Shown in pieces: positions 58,595-64,000 of a stretch of DNA of 64,000 bases. How positions within the stretch are numbered: the stretch's first letter is position 1; each line of letters begins with the position of its first letter. The stretch spans positions 9,650-73,649 of the forward strand of contig CAVQVD010000003.1 of the NCBI GenBank assembly GCA_963717045.1, read 5' to 3'. Both the position numbers and the translations under genes were made by a program. Under the pieces are notes generated by a model. The model was not told the origin of the DNA. It did not search any database and worked only from the letters and a program-made list of their open reading frames with translations. This DNA is from an uncultured delta proteobacterium. GTDB taxonomy: Bacteria > Desulfobacterota > Binatia > Binatales > Binataceae.

Positions 58595-61500
58595 CTACAC
58601 CGCGGCCAGACGCGCCATGTCGGAATTCATGCTCAGATGCTGGCGCTCGAGCACCGCGCGGTACTCGGTGGGCATCACCCTGACGAATTTGGCGGCGTAA
58701 TTATCCCAGTCGCTGAGTACGCGCTCGGCGAGCTTGCTCCCGGTGTACTGATGATGGCGCACGATCAACGCGTGGACGCGCTTTATTTCTTCGTCGTTGA
58801 CAAACGGCCCCAGCTCGACCATCCCGGTGTTGCATCGCGTATTGAAAGTGCCGTCGTCGTCAAGCACGTAGGCGACTCCGCCGCTCATTCCGGCGGCAAA
58901 ATTACGCCCCGTGCGGCCCAGCACGACAACCGTGCCGCGGGTCATGTACTCGCAGCCGTGGTCGCCGACGCCTTCGACGACCGCCGTCGCGCCACTGTTG
59001 CGCACTGCGAAACGCTCGCCAGCCACACCCGAGAAAAATGCTTCTCCGCCGGTTGCGCCATACAACGCAACGTTGCCGATGATGATGTTCTTCTCGGCCT
59101 CGAAGGTCGCCTCCCGCGGCGGCCGTACGGTCATGAAGCCGCCCGAGAGCCCCTTGCCACAGTAATCGTTGGCCTCGCCCTCCAGATAGAGCGCCACCCC
59201 CGAGGCCAACCACGCGCCAAAGCTTTGCCCGGCCGAGCCTCTCAGGTGAACCTGGATCGTGTAGGGTGGCAGTCCGTCCTCGCCGAAACGGCGCGACACT
59301 TCGGAAGAGAGGATCGTGCCGACGGTGCGGTTCACGTTACGGATCGGCAGATGAATCTCGACCGGCTTGCGATGCTCGAGCGCGTCGGCGCACAGCTCCA
59401 GGAGCTGCTGATCGAGCGCATGCTCGATTCCATGGTCCTGTTTCTCGACGCAATGCAGCGGCTCGTCAGGGCCGACCGGCGGGCGATGCAGGATGCGGCT
59501 CAAATCGATGTTGCGCGCCTTCCAGTGTTGGATCGCCTCATTGCCGTCCAGACATTCGACGTGTCCGACCATCTCGGCCACGCTGCGGAAACCGAGCTGC
59601 GCCATGTACTCGCGCATCTCCTCCGCAATGAACATCATCAGGTTGACCACGTGCTCGGGTTTTCCCTCGAACTTCTTGCGCAGCTCGGGATCTTGGGTGG
59701 CGACACCCACCGGACAGGTATTGAGATGGCACACGCGCATCATGATGCACCCGGATGCCACCAGCGCAGCGCTGGCGAAACCGTACTCTTCGGCGCCGAG
59801 CAGCGCCGCGATCGTCACGTCGCGTCCGGTCTTGAGCTGACCGTCGGTCTCGACGTGGATGCGACCGCGCAGCCCGGTCATCACCAGGGTCTGCTGGGTC
59901 TCGGCGAGGCCGAGCTCCCATGGCACGCCGGCATGCTTGATCGAAGTGAGCGGTGAGGCGCCGGTGCCGCCGTCATGGCCGCTTATCAGCACCACGTCGG
60001 CCTTGGCCTTGGCGACGCCGGCCGCAATCGTGCCGACGCCGACCTCGGCCACCAGCTTGACGCTGACCCGCGCCCGCCGGTTGGAGTTCTTCAGATCGTG
60101 GATTAGCTGCGCGAGATCCTCGATCGAATAGATATCGTGATGGGGCGGCGGCGAGATCAAGCCGACCCCGGGAGTGGAGTAGCGAATCTTCGCGATAAAG
60201 TCGTCTACCTTGTGGCCGGGAAGCTGACCGCCCTCGCCGGGCTTGGCGCCCTGCGCCATTTTGATTTGCAGCTCGTCGGCATTGACCAGGTACCAACTGG
60301 TCACACCGAAGCGAGCCGAGGCGACCTGCTTGATCGCGCTGCGCCTCCAGTCGCCGTTGGCGTCTCGCACGAAGCGCGCCGGGTCCTCGCCGCCCTCGCC
60401 GGTGTTGGATTTGCCGCCGATCCGGTTCATCGCGATCGCCAGGTTCTCGTGCGCCTCCTTGCCGATCGATCCGAACGACATCGCGCCAGTCTTGAAGCGC
60501 TTGACGATCGCGGAGGCCGGCTCGACTTCCTCGATCGGCACCGGAGGACGGTCAGATTTGAACTTCAGCAGGCTCCGCAACGTGGCGAGGCTGCGGCTGT
60601 GATCGTCGACCAGCCGCGTGTACTCCTTGAACATCTTGTAATTGCCCGCGCGCACCGCATGCTGGAGCTTGGCGATGCTGTTGGGGTTGTACATGTGATG
60701 CTCGCCGCGCCGGCGCCATTGGTATTGGCCGCCCGCCTCGAGTTCGTGATCGAGGTTGGGCATGATCTCGAACGCGCGCCGATGGCGATTGGCGGTCTCG
60801 CGCGCGATGGCCTCGAGTCCCACTCCGCCCACGCGCGACGCGGTCCAGGTGAAGTAGCGATCGACCACCTCCTGGTTGAGTCCAATTGCCTCGAAAATCT
60901 GCGCTCCGCGGTAGCTCTGCACGGTCGAGATTCCCATCTTGGAGGCGACCTTGATCAGGCTCTTCACCACGGATTTGTTAAAGTGCTCGACCGCACTCTC
61001 CTCGTCGACCTCTTTCAGGATGCCCTCGTCGATCATCCCGGCCATCGTGGCGTACGCGAGGTACGGATTGACCGCGCCCGCGCCATAGCCGACCAGCAGG
61101 CAGAAGTGCTGCGCCTCGCGCGGCTCGCCCGACTCGACCACCAGCCCGATGCGCGTGCGGCTGCCTTCGCGAATCAGATGATGATGCACGGCGCCGGTTG
61201 CGAGCAGGCTGGGAATCGGAGCGTGTTCGCGGTCCACGCCGCGGTCCGAGAGCACGATTATCGTCGCGCCGCCGGCGATTGCTTCGGAAGCGCCGCGGCA
61301 CAGCCGCTCGAGCGCGTCGCGCAGCCCGGCCTCGCCGTCGGCGACGCGATACAGTGCCGATAGCGTGACCGTGCGCAGGCCCGGCGCATTGAGCCGTTTG
61401 ATTTTTTCCAGCTCGACGTTGGTCAGCACCGGACGCCACAGCTTCAGCTGGCGGCAGTGCGTCGGCGTCTCCTCGAACAGGTTCTGTTCGGAGCCGATGG

Positions 61501-63151
61501 TAGTGATTGCCGAGGTGACCATCTCTTCCCGAATCGGATCGATCGGCGGATTGGTCACCTGGGCGAAAAGCTGTTTGAAGTAGTTGAACAGCAGCGGCGA
61601 TTTATCCGATAAGACCGCCAGTGGCGTATCGGTGCCCATCGAACCGACTGGCTCCTGCCCATTGGCAGCCATCGGCGCCAAAATCATCTTCAGCTCTTCG
61701 ATCGTATAGCCGAAAGCCTGTTGCTGCCAAAGCAGATCCTCGGCCTCGAAGCTGGAGACAGGCGGCGCATTCGGCGGATCGGGCAGCAGGTTGAGATCGG
61801 CCAGGTTTTCGTCGAGCCATTCCCGATACGGCTGGCGCGCCGCGATCGTCGCCTTGATCTCCTCGTCCTCGACGATGCGGCCCTCGACGGTGTCGATGAA
61901 AAACATGCGGCCCGGTTGCAGACGGCCTTTTCGCTCGACCTGCTCGGGCGGGATGTTAAGCACGCCTGCTTCGGAAGCCATCACCACCATCCCGTCCTTG
62001 GTCACCAGGTAGCGCGAGGGGCGCAGCCCGTTGCGGTCGAGCACCGCGCCAATTCGCCGCCCGTCGGTGAACGCGATAGAGGCCGGGCCGTCCCACGGTT
62101 CCATCAGGCTGGAGTGGTATTCGTAAAATGCGCGCTTGCCCGCGCTCATCATCTCGTCGTTTTGCCAAGCCTCCGGAATCATCATCATCACGGCGTGCGG
62201 CAACGAGCGCCCGGTACGCACCAGCAACTCCAAACAATTGTCGAACACGGCCGAGTCGCTGCCGGTGGGCTCGATAATCGGCAGCAGTTTTTGCAGGTCG
62301 TCGCCGAAGAGCGGCGAAGCGAATTGTCCCTGCCGCGCGGCCATCCAGTTGATATTGCCGCGTAGTGTGTTGATCTCACCGTTGTGGCAAAGGAAACGGT
62401 AGGGATGGGCACGATCCCAGCTCGGGAAGGTGTTGGTTGAAAACCGCTGATGGACCATCGCGAGCGCGGTTTTGATTTCGGGGTCGCCGAGGTCGGGATA
62501 GAACTGCGGAATCTGATTCGAGATGAGCTGGCCCTTATATACGATGGTCGCGGCCGAGAGGCTGCAGAAGTAGAACAACTCGCCGTCCTCGAGTCCAAGC
62601 GCGGCGCCGGCGCTGGTGATGTGTTTGCGAATGACGTAGAGCTTGCGTTCGAGCGCCTCGGCGTCGGTGATCTCCGCGCCGCGTCCGATAAAAACCTGCC
62701 GCACCGACGGCAGTCCGCGCCGCGCGATGTCGCCGCAGGCGCTCTCGACCACTGGCACCGTGCGCCATCCGAGCAGCCGCTGCCCCTCCTCACGCACCAC
62801 GCGCTCGACTATCGCCTCGGCCGCCTTGCGCCGCTCGGGATCGAGCGGCAAAAAAACCTGCCCGACTCCGTACTCACCCGGCGCCGGCAGCGCGAAGCCG
62901 AGCAGGCTCGCCTCGCGAACGAAAAATTCGTGCGGAATCTGCATCAACACGCCGGCCCCGTCACCGGTCCGTGGGTCGCATCCGCAAGCTCCCCGATGGG
63001 TCAGGTTGTCGAGGACCTCGAGCCCCTTCTGCAGAATATCGTGCGAGCGCACGCCCTTGATGTTGACCACGAAACCAACTCCGCAAGCGTCGTGCTCGTG
63101 CGCTGGATCGTAGAGGCCCTGGCGCGGGGGGATGCTGCGGTATTGATGCAT
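58595..63151 (-). CDS. gltB: Glutamate synthase large subunit
   Basis: EHDACGVG (N-terminal Cys), [42 protein letters not shown]. Confidence 0.98.
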   Translation of the reverse strand: MHQYRSIPPRQGLYDPAHEHDACGVGFVVNIKGVRSHDILQKGLEVLDNLTHRGACGCDPRTGDGAGVLMQIPHEFFVREASLLGFALPAPGEYGVGQVFLPLDPERRKAAEAIVERVVREEGQRLLGWRTVPVVESACGDIARRGLPSVRQVFIGRGAEITDAEALERKLYVIRKHITSAGAALGLEDGELFYFCSLSAATIVYKGQLISNQIPQFYPDLGDPEIKTALAMVHQRFSTNTFPSWDRAHPYRFLCHNGEINTLRGNINWMAARQGQFASPLFGDDLQKLLPIIEPTGSDSAVFDNCLELLVRTGRSLPHAVMMMIPEAWQNDEMMSAGKRAFYEYHSSLMEPWDGPASIAFTDGRRIGAVLDRNGLRPSRYLVTKDGMVVMASEAGVLNIPPEQVERKGRLQPGRMFFIDTVEGRIVEDEEIKATIAARQPYREWLDENLADLNLLPDPPNAPPVSSFEAEDLLWQQQAFGYTIEELKMILAPMAANGQEPVGSMGTDTPLAVLSDKSPLLFNYFKQLFAQVTNPPIDPIREEMVTSAITTIGSEQNLFEETPTHCRQLKLWRPVLTNVELEKIKRLNAPGLRTVTLSALYRVADGEAGLRDALERLCRGASEAIAGGATIIVLSDRGVDREHAPIPSLLATGAVHHHLIREGSRTRIGLVVESGEPREAQHFCLLVGYGAGAVNPYLAYATMAGMIDEGILKEVDEESAVEHFNKSVVKSLIKVASKMGISTVQSYRGAQIFEAIGLNQEVVDRYFTWTASRVGGVGLEAIARETANRHRRAFEIMPNLDHELEAGGQYQWRRRGEHHMYNPNSIAKLQHAVRAGNYKMFKEYTRLVDDHSRSLATLRSLLKFKSDRPPVPIEEVEPASAIVKRFKTGAMSFGSIGKEAHENLAIAMNRIGGKSNTGEGGEDPARFVRDANGDWRRSAIKQVASARFGVTSWYLVNADELQIKMAQGAKPGEGGQLPGHKVDDFIAKIRYSTPGVGLISPPPHHDIYSIEDLAQLIHDLKNSNRRARVSVKLVAEVGVGTIAAGVAKAKADVVLISGHDGGTGASPLTSIKHAGVPWELGLAETQQTLVMTGLRGRIHVETDGQLKTGRDVTIAALLGAEEYGFASAALVASGCIMMRVCHLNTCPVGVATQDPELRKKFEGKPEHVVNLMMFIAEEMREYMAQLGFRSVAEMVGHVECLDGNEAIQHWKARNIDLSRILHRPPVGPDEPLHCVEKQDHGIEHALDQQLLELCADALEHRKPVEIHLPIRNVNRTVGTILSSEVSRRFGEDGLPPYTIQVHLRGSAGQSFGAWLASGVALYLEGEANDYCGKGLSGGFMTVRPPREATFEAEKNIIIGNVALYGATGGEAFFSGVAGERFAVRNSGATAVVEGVGDHGCEYMTRGTVVVLGRTGRNFAAGMSGGVAYVLDDDGTFNTRCNTGMVELGPFVNDEEIKRVHALIVRHHQYTGSKLAERVLSDWDNYAAKFVRVMPTEYRAVLERQHLSMNSDMARLAAV

Positions 63152-63153
63152 TG

Positions 63154-63711
63154 CTATGTCCTTTTGGAATCGCCCAACCCGTTTCTGACCGCGCCGTGGC
63201 GATGACGCCGTCCATTACCGGGCTCCCCCGGCCCTTCGGCAGCGACGGTTATCTGCGTGCGTTCCGTATGCGTCGACAACACCACCATCGTTTCCGTCCT
63301 GGTCACGCCTTCGATGAGGCGGATGGTGCGGATGAGCTCTTCAAGCGTCGAGGTATTGGCGGTCTTTACCTTGAGCAGCACTGTGTGCTCGCCGGTGATG
63401 TGATGGCACTCGAGCACGTCGTCGAGCAGTTCGATAGTTTCCTCGAACAGGTTGACGGTCCTCGGATGAGCGATTGAGACTCCGATAAAAGCCGCCACGT
63501 CCTTGCCCAATCGTTTGGCGTCGACCGCGGCGTGGTACCCTACGATTATTCCGCCGTCTTCGAGTTTCTTGACCCGCTCGATGACCGACGGCGCCGACAA
63601 CCCCACCTGCTCGCCCAGCTTGACGTGCGAAATTCTGCCGTGTTCCTGCAAAATCGACAGGATTTGTAGGTCTATAGCGTCAAGCTCGGGAGCTTCCCCG
63701 CCTGATTTCAT
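63154..63711 (-). CDS. Lrp/AsnC-family transcriptional regulator
   Basis: [40 protein letters not shown]. Ends 2 nt before gltB. Confidence 0.93.
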   Translation of the reverse strand: MKSGGEAPELDAIDLQILSILQEHGRISHVKLGEQVGLSAPSVIERVKKLEDGGIIVGYHAAVDAKRLGKDVAAFIGVSIAHPRTVNLFEETIELLDDVLECHHITGEHTVLLKVKTANTSTLEELIRTIRLIEGVTRTETMVVLSTHTERTQITVAAEGPGEPGNGRRHRHGAVRNGLGDSKRT

Positions 63712-63737
63712 AAGGAAAACCTCGCTGCGAAGGCTTG

Positions 63738-63766
63738 AAGTTAATCAGAATGACAATTTCTGTCAA
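63738..63766 (-). promoter_or_regulatory. Sigma70 promoter of lrp-gltBD (TTGACA-N17-TAACTT) overlapped by the palindrome TGACA-N5-TGTCA
   Basis: Minus-strand -35 at 63766-63761 and -10 at 63743-63738, 17-bp spacer. Palindrome at 63751-63765. Confidence 0.75.
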
Positions 63767-64000
63767 GGGTTCTTAAGTTAAAGTGGTGATTCTGTCATAT
63801 TTCCGAAGGATTGACATCGAGAGACTTAAAAATACCGGCGGTGGTAAGATTTTCTTCTGGGCGTTTCTTCTCGTTTTACCAAAGCGCTGTTGAGAAAGCG
63901 CAAGCCAAAAGAAAGCGCAGGCCGAACAACATAGATGTAGAATTATAGTTGGATCGGAAGCGCACGGTACGATAAATGCTTATTATCAACATCAAAGATG

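Noticed and set aside
57160-61363. Long + strand ORFs (507, 580 and 408 aa) opposite gltD/gltB, and similar antisense ORFs elsewhere
   Set aside because: Typical high-GC shadow ORFs antisense to well-conserved genes, with no recognisable motifs.

Overview
High-GC bacterial chromosomal window with about 57 protein-coding genes. I saw no rRNA, tRNA, CRISPR array, prophage or IS element. The gene content (several Amidohydro_2, SDR, LLM, EthD and paired FadE genes, thyX, an RRM protein) resembles soil Candidatus Binatota or other deltaproteobacteria-like genomes; that placement is an inference. Main blocks, in order: a vapBC pair whose toxin lacks a canonical start codon; a catabolic cluster (3.4-11.7 kb); orphan exeA; a fadE pair plus LLM; ClC-CBS channel; an ArsR-SRPBCC-transglutaminase-VOC-BNR-ubiquitin-like locus; SagB-type oxidoreductase; pyrD/rhodanese/pcp and thyX; an RRM gene with a strongly structured leader; a small basic coiled-coil/wHTH protein; mtnA; dppABC; macrodomain; tandem emrB paralogs; a ppx-tmk-like-tmk-like-CHAD-sixA operon; a Mo-bisPGD complex with a FeS-NrfD fusion; a luxE-luxC-class III aminotransferase-histidine kinase run; and lrp-gltB-gltD. 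The two best candidates for an undescribed system are (1) the polyphosphate operon, where two thymidylate-kinase-fold proteins (GKST and GRST P-loops) occupy the place of a polyP kinase, and (2) the LuxE/LuxC/aminotransferase module, a possible fatty-amine pathway. Six genes each carry exactly one extra base, which points to long-read insertion errors rather than real pseudogenes.
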